64,000 nt of DNA from IMG/VR virus record IMGVR_UViG_3300047558_000137, positions 62,001 to 126,000 of that record; one strand, 5' to 3'. Below the pieces are notes generated by a model that saw only the letters and a program-made list of their open reading frames with translations, made no database searches and was not told the origin of the DNA. The translations under genes were made by a program, and so were the position numbers. Shown piece after piece: positions 27,106 to 35,808 of this stretch. How positions within the stretch are numbered: the first letter of the stretch is position 1; every line of letters begins with the position of its first letter.

Positions 27106-28079
27106 TTATATGCACTATCAATAATTTCTTCTATGCTACTGTGTTGGGGTTTCCAGCCTAGCCATGTTTCTGCATCGTCGGCATCGGCAACTAGTCGTTC
27201 TGGATCGCCAGGTCGCTTGGGACCATAGTTAACAAAAGGCAACCCGTAAGTATTAACTACATAGTCAACAATGTACTTATTACTAATTCCTTGGTTGGTC
27301 CCCAGATTAAAGATATGGCAATCTGACACACCGGTAATTGTACTGCGTTCTAGAAACTCTGCGGCACGTACATGTGCTGTAGCAATATCCCATACGTGTA
27401 CATAGTCGCGCACACACGTACCATCGCTAGTTCCATAATCATCACCATTAATGGTAAATCCACGACCTGCTAGGCTTGCTTCTAATACACGGGCAACAAT
27501 GTGCGTGGCATTAGGTTCTTGGCCTAGATCAAAGTCTTTAGGTTCAGCGCCCGCGGCATTAAAGTATCTAAAGACTACACTGTTAAGATTGTATGCTCTA
27601 GCATAGTCCCATAAGACTTCTTCGATCATGTCCTTGGACTTGCCGTAAGGACTCATTGGTCTCTTAGGGTGTCCTTCTTTTAATGGAAGGTCTTCAGGCT
27701 CAGGATCGCCATATACTGCGGCACTGCTACTAAACATAATGACAGGTTGCTTCTTAAAGTCCTTAATGTAGTTTAAGAACTTAACGGTCTTGGCTACATT
27801 GTTATCATAATAGTCAGCAGGATCTGTTACACTGGGACCAACTAGACTAGTGCCAGCACAGTGTACAATGATATCGGGCTGTAGATCGAAGATAGTTGCT
27901 AGACTTTCATCGCTTGAAAAGTCATTAACAAAGAACCCGTCTAGGCCCTTTAGTGTATGTTCACGTAGAACACGATCAATAACAAACACACGGTTGTCTG
28001 CGTTAGCATACTTAAATGCTCGTGCGACATGGCTACCAATGTAGCCACATCCACCTGTAACAATAATAGTTTTACTCAT
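27072..28079 (-). CDS. galE: UDP-glucose 4-epimerase-like SDR
   Basis: TGGCGYIGSH, FSSSAAVYG, YGKSK, FRYFNAAGA, DGTCVRDYVHV, RPGDP. Confidence 0.85.
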   Translation of the reverse strand: MSKTIIVTGGCGYIGSHVARAFKYANADNRVFVIDRVLREHTLKGLDGFFVNDFSSDESLATIFDLQPDIIVHCAGTSLVGPSVTDPADYYDNNVAKTVKFLNYIKDFKKQPVIMFSSSAAVYGDPEPEDLPLKEGHPKRPMSPYGKSKDMIEEVLWDYARAYNLNSVVFRYFNAAGAEPKDFDLGQEPNATHIVARVLEASLAGRGFTINGDDYGTSDGTCVRDYVHVWDIATAHVRAAEFLERSTITGVSDCHIFNLGTNQGISNKYIVDYVVNTYGLPFVNYGPKRPGDPERLVADADDAETWLGWKPQHSSIEEIIDSAYKWYCSRAQPAT

Positions 28080-29007
28080 TTACAATTGCATCAGGGTCTA
28101 CAGCTAGACCTTGCCATTCTTTAATTTTAATTTCTTCTGTGCTGGGTTCGTCGTCATGCCATGAGCCGATCCAACGTGTGCCAGTCCATTTAGCTTGATA
28201 TGTATAACTGTTCTTACCGGCAGTTTTAACCATGTAGATACCGTTGCGTACAGGGTTAATCTTCTTAGGGAACCAATCAGTCATAGTGTATTCGATGTCA
28301 TCCATATTTGAATACTTTTCCCACTTATTATCGTTTTTGTTACTGCCGGCAATGTAAAAGCCAAAGTCCGAACTCTTGCCGTCTGTACTACCACCCCAGT
28401 TGTCAATAGTTTCACCATCGTACTCAACATAGTTGACGATTTCTTCACCATCAATTTCATCGTAGCCTAGTGTTAGTTTGGTAATATCAAATGGAGATTT
28501 AAGCTCAATTTCGCCTTCGAAGAACGTGCCTTTTTCGTTACTGTTACCAATAAACACAACAGTACCATCTGGCTTCTCACCAATCCAAACTTCTTCGTTA
28601 CAAGTCCACTCTGGTTGATCTTCATCGTAAGTAAAATCGTCAAAGCTCTTTTGGAATACGGTCTCACCGTTTTCATCTTCGATTTGCAGTGTACCAGCAT
28701 TACGACTTACACCGTGTGCATGACCCATACTGTCGCATTCGTACCACGATCCTGATGGAAATGGTTGCATGTGATCGGGAATATTGTTAATTTCTGCATA
28801 CTCGTGGTCCCAGGCGTATTCACTTAAATCAAGTCTGCGTGATCTAAAATAATCGTAAATCTCACGAGTTACAGTGCCCATAACCTTTTCACCACCGTAG
28901 CCCCACATAGTGATCTTGTAGGTACGTGGAGTGAACTTGAGATGTTCAAGTAGCTTTTCGTGTTCTGGGTTAACTGTTTCAATATTCGTCGTCTTCTTCT
29001 TGCTCAT
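28072..29007 (-). CDS. Hypothetical acidic protein
   Basis: 311-aa ORF, overlapping packing. Confidence 0.7.
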   Translation of the reverse strand: MSKKKTTNIETVNPEHEKLLEHLKFTPRTYKITMWGYGGEKVMGTVTREIYDYFRSRRLDLSEYAWDHEYAEINNIPDHMQPFPSGSWYECDSMGHAHGVSRNAGTLQIEDENGETVFQKSFDDFTYDEDQPEWTCNEEVWIGEKPDGTVVFIGNSNEKGTFFEGEIELKSPFDITKLTLGYDEIDGEEIVNYVEYDGETIDNWGGSTDGKSSDFGFYIAGSNKNDNKWEKYSNMDDIEYTMTDWFPKKINPVRNGIYMVKTAGKNSYTYQAKWTGTRWIGSWHDDEPSTEEIKIKEWQGLAVDPDAIVNE

Positions 29008-29230
29008 AGAAATCCTTTGATAGCGTATCTACAATTTTACATTTTTTGTAAATATCTGTCAATTCAATCATACGATCAAATCCATCAACATAATACTTAC
29101 TGTTTGCCGCTACAGCCCGTAGGACAATTTTGAGCAAATGATATGCTCGATCGGGACAGATGTCTTCCCACCAGATAATTTCATCCAATGATTCGTGCCA
29201 GGCACGAAACCCCGATCTAGTTAGAAACAT
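28979..29230 (-). CDS. Hypothetical protein
   Basis: 83-aa ORF. Confidence 0.5.
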   Translation of the reverse strand: MFLTRSGFRAWHESLDEIIWWEDICPDRAYHLLKIVLRAVAANSKYYVDGFDRMIELTDIYKKCKIVDTLSKDFYEQEEDDEY

Positions 29231-29472
29231 TATAAATCCTTTAATGTTTTTAGCATTATGTATTGTTCAAACACTTCTACTAACTCAGGGTCACCCCCGA
29301 GATAGTATTCTGCTGCGGCCTTCATACTAAGTGCCATTGCGGCTGCTTCGGTAATAGTGGGCCATTTTGCTTGACAGCACTCTAACCAGATTTCTTGTTT
29401 AGAATTTAGACTCATGTGTGTATTTGCGATAATCAGTTGACATACGCAGCCATTGCTCGCCCTTACCTTCAA
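29230..29472 (-). CDS. Hypothetical protein (true start probably downstream, MSLNSKQ)
   Basis: 80-aa ORF overlapping the GT stop. Confidence 0.45.
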   Translation of the reverse strand: MKVRASNGCVCQLIIANTHMSLNSKQEIWLECCQAKWPTITEAAAMALSMKAAAEYYLGGDPELVEVFEQYIMLKTLKDL

Positions 29473-30589
29473 TTATATCACAAATACGATTTACAGTATT
29501 ATCAGTCCAGTCACTTATTTTGCCCATATTATCATGTGGCTTTTCTAGCAACTTTTCTAATTTGTTAAGTGCATCTTCTATTGACCAAGGAATGTAAAGG
29601 CGTTCAGCATCGTTCGCAAATGATTCAGGAAAACTCCGATAAGCAGGATACAGAACATTGCTTCCCAGGGTGTCAGCTTCTGAGACTGTGTTAGAGACCC
29701 AATCTTGTAAAGCACAATTAAAAAGCACACGGGTATCATTGAGTAAATTATAGTAATCATTCTTTTCTAGATCCTCGTGAATAACTAGTGTACCTTCTTC
29801 CTGCATACGGCGTGTACGTGCCATATAGCTGTCGTTGTTGTACTTGAGTTTAGCACCCGAAAAGATGCAGAACTCTACATAACGACTTGGGTGACGCTTA
29901 TTCCAAGCATCAATTAAGTCCATGTAGAAGTCTGGTTGCTTCTCCTGATCCCAACGAGCCGCAAAGCCTACACGATGCTTACGCTCATTAAATGGCTTCA
30001 ATGGTCCTGCTACACGCTCACGCACTTCCGCTTTGCCAAATGCTAGACCACTAATGTTGTAGATAGGGCAGTCCCATCCTGCAACCTTCATGTGCATGAC
30101 CATTTCTTCATTAGAAGCGAGTACTGCTCCATTCGTTTTACGAACGATTTCACAGACCATCTGTTCATAGAGCCCCATCCACTTGGACATTCCCCATACG
30201 TGAACAAAGTCGTCAGGATCAATTGACTGTGCCAAACACCGTACATAAATGCGTGGTCGCATTGCTTCAGGTACTTGATCAATGATATAAGGTAGACTTT
30301 CAATGCCCGGCTGGAACATGTCTTCAAAGTAGATAACATCTTCATTAGTGACTTCTCCTGCCTTCATCATCTTAACTAGATTCATTAGTTGACTCATACC
30401 AAAGTAACTGCGACCATGTGCATCTAGCACCTGTCCAGTTACAATAGCTTGATCATTGCCGAGTGTCTCGCCGGGTACCAACACATAGTCAATACCTCTC
30501 CGATCGAACACACGCTTATTCCATTCCTCTAGCTGTAGAGTGTAACGTGCTTTGTAGGACTCAAGTCCCATGTAGTATAGTTTTCTCAT
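29399..30589 (-). CDS. GT-B fold glycosyltransferase
   Basis: GFAARWDQEKQP, LFNCALQDWVSNTVSEA, VLYP.YRSFPE (GT4-like E-x7-E-equivalent region); size similar to phage DNA glucosyltransferases. Confidence 0.7.
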   Translation of the reverse strand: MRKLYYMGLESYKARYTLQLEEWNKRVFDRRGIDYVLVPGETLGNDQAIVTGQVLDAHGRSYFGMSQLMNLVKMMKAGEVTNEDVIYFEDMFQPGIESLPYIIDQVPEAMRPRIYVRCLAQSIDPDDFVHVWGMSKWMGLYEQMVCEIVRKTNGAVLASNEEMVMHMKVAGWDCPIYNISGLAFGKAEVRERVAGPLKPFNERKHRVGFAARWDQEKQPDFYMDLIDAWNKRHPSRYVEFCIFSGAKLKYNNDSYMARTRRMQEEGTLVIHEDLEKNDYYNLLNDTRVLFNCALQDWVSNTVSEADTLGSNVLYPAYRSFPESFANDAERLYIPWSIEDALNKLEKLLEKPHDNMGKISDWTDNTVNRICDIIEGKGEQWLRMSTDYRKYTHESKF

Positions 30590-30987
30590 TCGTCTTTGTA
30601 TTTCTTTAATAAAGGACTATTGATATGCTTAATAGCCTGTTCAAGATGCTTCATTTTTTGATCTTCGAGTTCCCATTTGCTTAGACTCCAGTGATTTTGG
30701 GCATCAACAGCAGTTGTGCCATAGCGTGTATTCATAGCGGAGATACTACGCATTTCACTTTCCATACGTTCTAGTCTTCGTATGATCTGATTTTGATCAT
30801 CGAGTACTTGACGCAATGGTCCAATGGTGGCACCTTTACGACCCTCAGGCTTGGTTAAAATAACCATCATCATTAGACTACGTAGTGCATTGATCACACG
30901 CTCGTCGTTGCTAGTTAATGCTTCATCAAACATGTCAATGAAACGCTCAAGATCGAAGTCTGCCTGCTCTTTTTCTCTCATTCCCAT
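30586..30987 (-). CDS. Hypothetical coiled-coil protein
   Basis: 133-aa ORF. Confidence 0.6.
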   Translation of the reverse strand: MGMREKEQADFDLERFIDMFDEALTSNDERVINALRSLMMMVILTKPEGRKGATIGPLRQVLDDQNQIIRRLERMESEMRSISAMNTRYGTTAVDAQNHWSLSKWELEDQKMKHLEQAIKHINSPLLKKYKDE

Positions 30988-30990
30988 TTT

Positions 30991-31650
30991 TTATCCTTTA
31001 ATGTAATAGCCTTTACCGTAGCTACGACTGTGTACGATTTTATGGCATTCTATAGGTATTCCAAACCGTCCATTGGCCAATTCACCAACGAATCTAGGAA
31101 CTCCCCCATCTGTTGTATTATATAAAATATCGTCAAACACAACAATGCCACCTGGACGAACTAAGGGTTCGTATAATAACCAATCGCATAATACAGAATG
31201 GTAACTATGATCCCCATCAATGAACAACAGGTCAACTTGATGTACAGCATCGTATATTTTTTTAACAGTTGCAGGATCTTGGCTACTACCAATGGCAAAG
31301 TGTGATCGCCCATCGTTGCCAAACGAATGCCCAAAAACCTGTTCAGTTCTTAGGCTAAATTCGTTTACTCGATTGTGATTTTGTTCAATGGTGTAGACTT
31401 GGTCTGCAATATTACGCCACATAACGTGCGTACTACCAAAATGACCTAATCCTATTTCTAATACAGTAGATAGTCTGCCGGGCATAACGTGTAGAAGATC
31501 TTGGATTTCTCTTCGGACCTGTTGCATTCCGTGAACCGGCATCACTTGTAAGTCGGGCAATGGATCGATTGCATCTTCTGCATAATACTTTCCATTACCG
31601 CACATACTAACCCAACTATCTAACTTAGCCAGGATTTCGTCTACGTTCAT
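30991..31650 (-). CDS. Class I SAM-dependent methyltransferase (Methyltransf_24-like)
   Basis: VLEIGLGHFGS, VDLLFIDGDHSY, LVRPGGIVVFDD. Confidence 0.85.
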   Translation of the reverse strand: MNVDEILAKLDSWVSMCGNGKYYAEDAIDPLPDLQVMPVHGMQQVRREIQDLLHVMPGRLSTVLEIGLGHFGSTHVMWRNIADQVYTIEQNHNRVNEFSLRTEQVFGHSFGNDGRSHFAIGSSQDPATVKKIYDAVHQVDLLFIDGDHSYHSVLCDWLLYEPLVRPGGIVVFDDILYNTTDGGVPRFVGELANGRFGIPIECHKIVHSRSYGKGYYIKG

Positions 31651-31653
31651 TGA

Positions 31654-31926
31654 TTAACGTGCCCTAAAGTTATGGTTACCGTTTGTGTTGCGAGGACGGA
31701 ACTCAGTACGTTCACGTCGTGGGCTGCGCCACTGATCCCATGGTTCACGCCCTTTAGCGTACTTCATGTATTCTGCATAAGCAGGCTTACGCTCGTTGTA
31801 TAGGTGTGACTCGTCAAAGACGTAGCCATAGTCTACGCAAAATCTTTTAAATGACTCAAGGTCCTCGAAAATGTTGCGGACTTCAGATTTCATTGTGAAG
31901 TATTTTTGTAGATGTTCGTTAGCCAT
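31654..31926 (-). CDS. Hypothetical protein
   Basis: 90-aa ORF with SD. Confidence 0.65.
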   Translation of the reverse strand: MANEHLQKYFTMKSEVRNIFEDLESFKRFCVDYGYVFDESHLYNERKPAYAEYMKYAKGREPWDQWRSPRRERTEFRPRNTNGNHNFRAR

Positions 31927-31935
31927 TTTTATTCC

Positions 31936-32376
31936 TTAAACGCTAATTTGTTGTGGTCGGTGAGTTTCATATTTAATAAGTGCGCCGTTTTCACCATCTT
32001 CGGCCACTTCAATCCAGACACTACGTCCAGGATATTTTGATGCGATTTGCAAATACAAATCGTCTGCAATCATTTCGCACGACTTAAAGTCAAGGTGTAT
32101 GGTTCCATCTCTGTAGAGATTTTCCAGCCAACGCTTGAACTGAATAAATTCCACATCCCGGTCATTATGAAAAACATCGATCCAAACACGGAAGTGGAAT
32201 ATATGGCGATGAGGCACCCCAAGAAAAGATACATCATACTCATCACCGGTCGCCAAAGCAGGATCAGTTGCTGCGGCTGGATATTTGTGAATGCCTTCTT
32301 TACGGAATGTAACCCAGATTTTTCTATCTGCACGTTCTTTAATCCTATCTATAGTAGCACGTTGTTCTTGATTCAT
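31936..32376 (-). CDS. Second QueD/PTPS-like T-fold protein
   Basis: GIH.YP, PHRHIFHFRV, DRDVEFI..K..L, SCEMIA..L, V.EDGENG. Confidence 0.6.
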   Translation of the reverse strand: MNQEQRATIDRIKERADRKIWVTFRKEGIHKYPAAATDPALATGDEYDVSFLGVPHRHIFHFRVWIDVFHNDRDVEFIQFKRWLENLYRDGTIHLDFKSCEMIADDLYLQIASKYPGRSVWIEVAEDGENGALIKYETHRPQQISV

Positions 32377-32882
32377 AATGGTGTATCCTTAGTATATTTA
32401 GACCAGTCAGTAAAGACTTTTCTATTTCTTAATTCATGTAGACTATGACACCAGACTCCTGGATTAGTTGCAGCAAAGTCTTTGTCGTCTAGCTTAATTG
32501 TAGCATTGTAGCCTAGCATTTGTATATAGGGTAATTTTACCGAAATCATCGGAATAAAATTATTGTATTCGCAAAGAGCTCCTTCTACTAGACCTTCAGC
32601 CGATTGTACATCAATATCTAATGTACATAGATATCCTTGTTTTAGATAATGTGTAATCATATCTTCCCAGGCCTTCCATGTATCAGCATCATTAATTGCT
32701 GGATTAGGAAAGCTCATGTTAGCGCCAAAGTAAATGTGCTGACCCGGCTTCTTTAATCGAGCAGTAATATCTGCTGTTGATTGTACGCCAACAACAAACA
32801 AGGTATCCATGCCATATGCAGGGGTGTGTTCTACTTCAACACCGTAAAAGAAATTTACATCTTCATGCCCGGGTCTGTCCAT
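32373..32882 (-). CDS. Hypothetical protein in the deazaguanine cluster
   Basis: 169-aa ORF coupled to the TGT-like gene. Confidence 0.7.
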   Translation of the reverse strand: MDRPGHEDVNFFYGVEVEHTPAYGMDTLFVVGVQSTADITARLKKPGQHIYFGANMSFPNPAINDADTWKAWEDMITHYLKQGYLCTLDIDVQSAEGLVEGALCEYNNFIPMISVKLPYIQMLGYNATIKLDDKDFAATNPGVWCHSLHELRNRKVFTDWSKYTKDTPL

Positions 32883-34404
32883 CTTCCAATTCCTCTAGTT
32901 TATGTTCGTCAAGTTCTACTTCGGGGTCTTCGTCTACAAACTCAACAAGTCTGTTAAACACAGTATTTGAGTTCATAGTCTTTTTACCTTTAAATCCACG
33001 AGTACCTACAATTTCCATCCAGTAGTCACTATATGAATTAATTATAGCAATGCTTTCTTCTTTAGTCTTTGCTGCAAATATACGTTCTACAATATCTTCA
33101 AAGTAAGAATAGTCGCCAGTACTGTAACGCATCATAGCAGGATGTTCTCCGGCATCGAATCGACGATTGGCTTCTTGTACCGCTGTTAAATGTTGATAGA
33201 CATTATGACCCATTAGCAATGCATATGAGAAACTGTCCCAACTAGTCTTGCCTTCTTTGCCAATCTTATTTAGATCTCCTGGCTTGTAGATACAGATATC
33301 TTTCATAGTTAGCAAGTCACTAATGGGACTATTTTGCCAACGATCGTAGATGCCGTCCTGTACTACGCCGGTGGCCCAAGGTCTGGTGTCTGTGGCGTAT
33401 TTTTTGTCGTCTGCGCTTGGGGCCATTCTGTAGCTCCATTTTGAGTCGTGTTCGAAGACGTTTTCGAAATAGACTTGGCCATTCGCCGTCGCAAGGAATG
33501 GACTAGCGCAATCAAAACTAATAGTAAAAGCAGGGTTGACATATTTTCTTACAGCTCTCTGAATAACGGTGAGCAATACTGCCCACTCTAATTTACTTGT
33601 GCCCAAGAAGTGCATCCAATCATGCCGGCCTTCTTGTAACAAGTTATCGTAACGTAGTTCAGTTAGGCGTTTAAGCACCAAATGAACATCACACATGTTC
33701 TGTCCTCCCATTGCCCATCCATCAAAGTGTGTATCTGGATAAACATCAGGATCACAAAATTCTTTCATAGTCTGGTACCATTCTTCGGCACTGGTATGAT
33801 TATCACCTTGTAACACATTTAAGAAACGTGCGCCACCATTCTTAACACCCTTACGATGCTGCATGAAATAGTTATTATTAAACTTAGTTGCGTCTACTGC
33901 TTCTTGCAGTGTAGTAATCTGACAGGCTGCACTTGCTTTCTTATCATGTATAACCCAAGTAGGAATATCAAGAATCATGCCATAATCGGCAATATTGTCT
34001 AGCCAGTTTAATATGAGCTCGCGTTTTTTCTGCGCCTTAGGACAACCCGAATTGGCTTTCCAATCCCCTTCCCACAGCCCTTTAGCAATCTGGAAACCAC
34101 CCGAGTCGCCAAGAATAAAAGATCCAGCTTCCCTATTTCGAACCATATCCTCTGACCAATCTTGTTTATTAAGGTCAAGGTTCGCATGTCCTCCACTATA
34201 CAAACTCCATTTATACGGAAATAAACCCTTAGTTGAGTTGAGCCAATTAAGCTGCTCCATATCAGTAAGACCCTGAGGAAATCTTGCGGGATCAACATAC
34301 TGTTCATTACGTTGTTTGCCTATAAATGTAGCATAGAAGCCGGAAATAGCAGGGAGAAAAACTGCATAGTCTAATTGTTTACTTGTTAAATCATCTTGCG
34401 CCAT
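32863..34404 (-). CDS. TGT-fold deazaguanine transglycosylase (DpdA-like)
   Basis: LGDSGGFQI (catalytic Asp), MILDIP, NVLQG, GWAMGG, MHFLG, SFDCASP, HN; 513 aa; no CxCxxC zinc motif seen. Confidence 0.75.
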   Translation of the reverse strand: MAQDDLTSKQLDYAVFLPAISGFYATFIGKQRNEQYVDPARFPQGLTDMEQLNWLNSTKGLFPYKWSLYSGGHANLDLNKQDWSEDMVRNREAGSFILGDSGGFQIAKGLWEGDWKANSGCPKAQKKRELILNWLDNIADYGMILDIPTWVIHDKKASAACQITTLQEAVDATKFNNNYFMQHRKGVKNGGARFLNVLQGDNHTSAEEWYQTMKEFCDPDVYPDTHFDGWAMGGQNMCDVHLVLKRLTELRYDNLLQEGRHDWMHFLGTSKLEWAVLLTVIQRAVRKYVNPAFTISFDCASPFLATANGQVYFENVFEHDSKWSYRMAPSADDKKYATDTRPWATGVVQDGIYDRWQNSPISDLLTMKDICIYKPGDLNKIGKEGKTSWDSFSYALLMGHNVYQHLTAVQEANRRFDAGEHPAMMRYSTGDYSYFEDIVERIFAAKTKEESIAIINSYSDYWMEIVGTRGFKGKKTMNSNTVFNRLVEFVDEDPEVELDEHKLEELEDGQTRA

Positions 34405-35023
34405 AAAATTGTACTTGTTCTATTAATCTATAATCTTCTTCAAAATAGTCTTGTATACGTTGAAGGTATTTAGGTTCGTCCTGCATAGCTTCATTAAAAA
34501 GCATCTTAAATTGCCTACGCTCGGGACTATTTTTGCTTACGTGCTGATAATCATATCTATCATATTTGTTATCACCGCAGTGCGTTTTTATAAAATCACT
34601 AAAGTTCTTTCTATAATTGTCATCGCACATCATAAACGTGCAATTGTCTGTATTTAGACCTACTAGAAATTTTATTTGTTTTTCTGTATGATCGTCAAAT
34701 GTAACACGATCGAAAACTAAATCAAAAACGCTTTGAGTAAAATGTCCTGCACTTATATGCGGGTGGTATAATGTAAAATATTCAGCTATGCCACTTAGCC
34801 AACGATCAACAGGATCACGTAGTACAACTAGGGCATCTTTGTCTAACATGTCTGTGCGATAGTTGTAGAACTCCCACCCCCAGTCTTTGAGGTTGGGTTT
34901 AGTCCAACTACTGGCATTCTTGGGAATGTATACGTACATTAGGTTAACACCTGCCTTACTCATACATTCACCATAGACATGGCCCTTATGTTGCCATTCC
35001 GTGATACCTGATTTAATTATCAC
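34391..35023 (-). CDS. Sulfotransferase family protein
   Basis: YVYIPKNASSW (5'-PSB loop), VLRDPVDRWLSG (3'-PB), DDHTEKQ. Confidence 0.75.
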   Translation of the reverse strand: MIIKSGITEWQHKGHVYGECMSKAGVNLMYVYIPKNASSWTKPNLKDWGWEFYNYRTDMLDKDALVVLRDPVDRWLSGIAEYFTLYHPHISAGHFTQSVFDLVFDRVTFDDHTEKQIKFLVGLNTDNCTFMMCDDNYRKNFSDFIKTHCGDNKYDRYDYQHVSKNSPERRQFKMLFNEAMQDEPKYLQRIQDYFEEDYRLIEQVQFYGAR

Positions 35024-35754
35024 TTGGTCTGTGCAAGAATAGTGTAGCTGTATTCGATTAAGCCACTATCAACAGTAATCATCATAGCGCCTTCATCACT
35101 GATCTTAAATGTCTTATCTCCAGACAATCCAAGAATACCGATAACGGCTGCAACTGGCCAATTCCATCCTTTAGCAATTGCGCCACTGACGCCACTTTGG
35201 AATACAAAGTTGCCGGCATGGCGGCTATGATCACCAAACGTAAACTTCAAATCGTTGTTTTCTGTTTTAGCGATAAATGTAGTTTCTTCGCTGTTGGCAC
35301 TGGCCATAAACTTTAGTCGTTGAATGCCTTGCACAGTTGGAGCAAAGTCTACGTGCCATGGAACTGGACGCATTTTAAACTTCTTTAGTTTATCGTTAAC
35401 AACCTGTGCAGTCATAAAACGATAGTCGTTCTTAAAGTCGCCTGTGGCGTTTTCAAAGTGAACACCATTTGGAACATCTACACCATTGGGATCTTTTTGT
35501 GTAGTGATTGTGAGCTTTGCATTTTCTGCATACTCAGGAATACCTAAAATAGTGTTTAGCTTGCCTAGGTTAGGCATACCAAATGTACCAATAAAGTCCG
35601 GGTGTGGGTTTTTAAATTTGGCTTCAACAACAAATAAATTTTGTTCTGCTAGTGCGGTAACAACAGTTTCTTCTGCTGTGCCAACAACTTTAACCAATTC
35701 TACGCTGCCTAAGTTGTATGTGTGTTGTACGATGTCCTTAAGATAATCTTGCAT
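35020..35754 (-). CDS. Sliding clamp (T4 gp45-like DNA polymerase accessory protein)
   Basis: 244 aa; FGMPNLGKLN.IL, DYRF, ISDEG.M.I; located with DNA polymerase. Confidence 0.6.
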   Translation of the reverse strand: MQDYLKDIVQHTYNLGSVELVKVVGTAEETVVTALAEQNLFVVEAKFKNPHPDFIGTFGMPNLGKLNTILGIPEYAENAKLTITTQKDPNGVDVPNGVHFENATGDFKNDYRFMTAQVVNDKLKKFKMRPVPWHVDFAPTVQGIQRLKFMASANSEETTFIAKTENNDLKFTFGDHSRHAGNFVFQSGVSGAIAKGWNWPVAAVIGILGLSGDKTFKISDEGAMMITVDSGLIEYSYTILAQTK

Positions 35755-35775
35755 TTATTTCTCCAATAATAAAGT

Positions 35776-35804
35776 AGTATATAGATTGTATTTAGATTTG
35801 TCAA
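35776..35804 (-). promoter_or_regulatory. Sigma70 promoter with an embedded TAAATA late box, upstream of the clamp/dpd block
   Basis: TTGACA-N17-TATACT; CTAAATAC lies in the spacer (35789-35794); GGAG SD follows. Confidence 0.75.
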
Positions 35805-35808
35805 TGAA

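Noticed and set aside
32863-34404. Canonical tRNA-guanine transglycosylase (tgt)
   Set aside because: It is much longer, lacks the CxCxxC zinc site and sits among replication genes with no queA/queG or tRNA genes in the window. A DNA-directed DpdA-like role fits better, though this is unproven.
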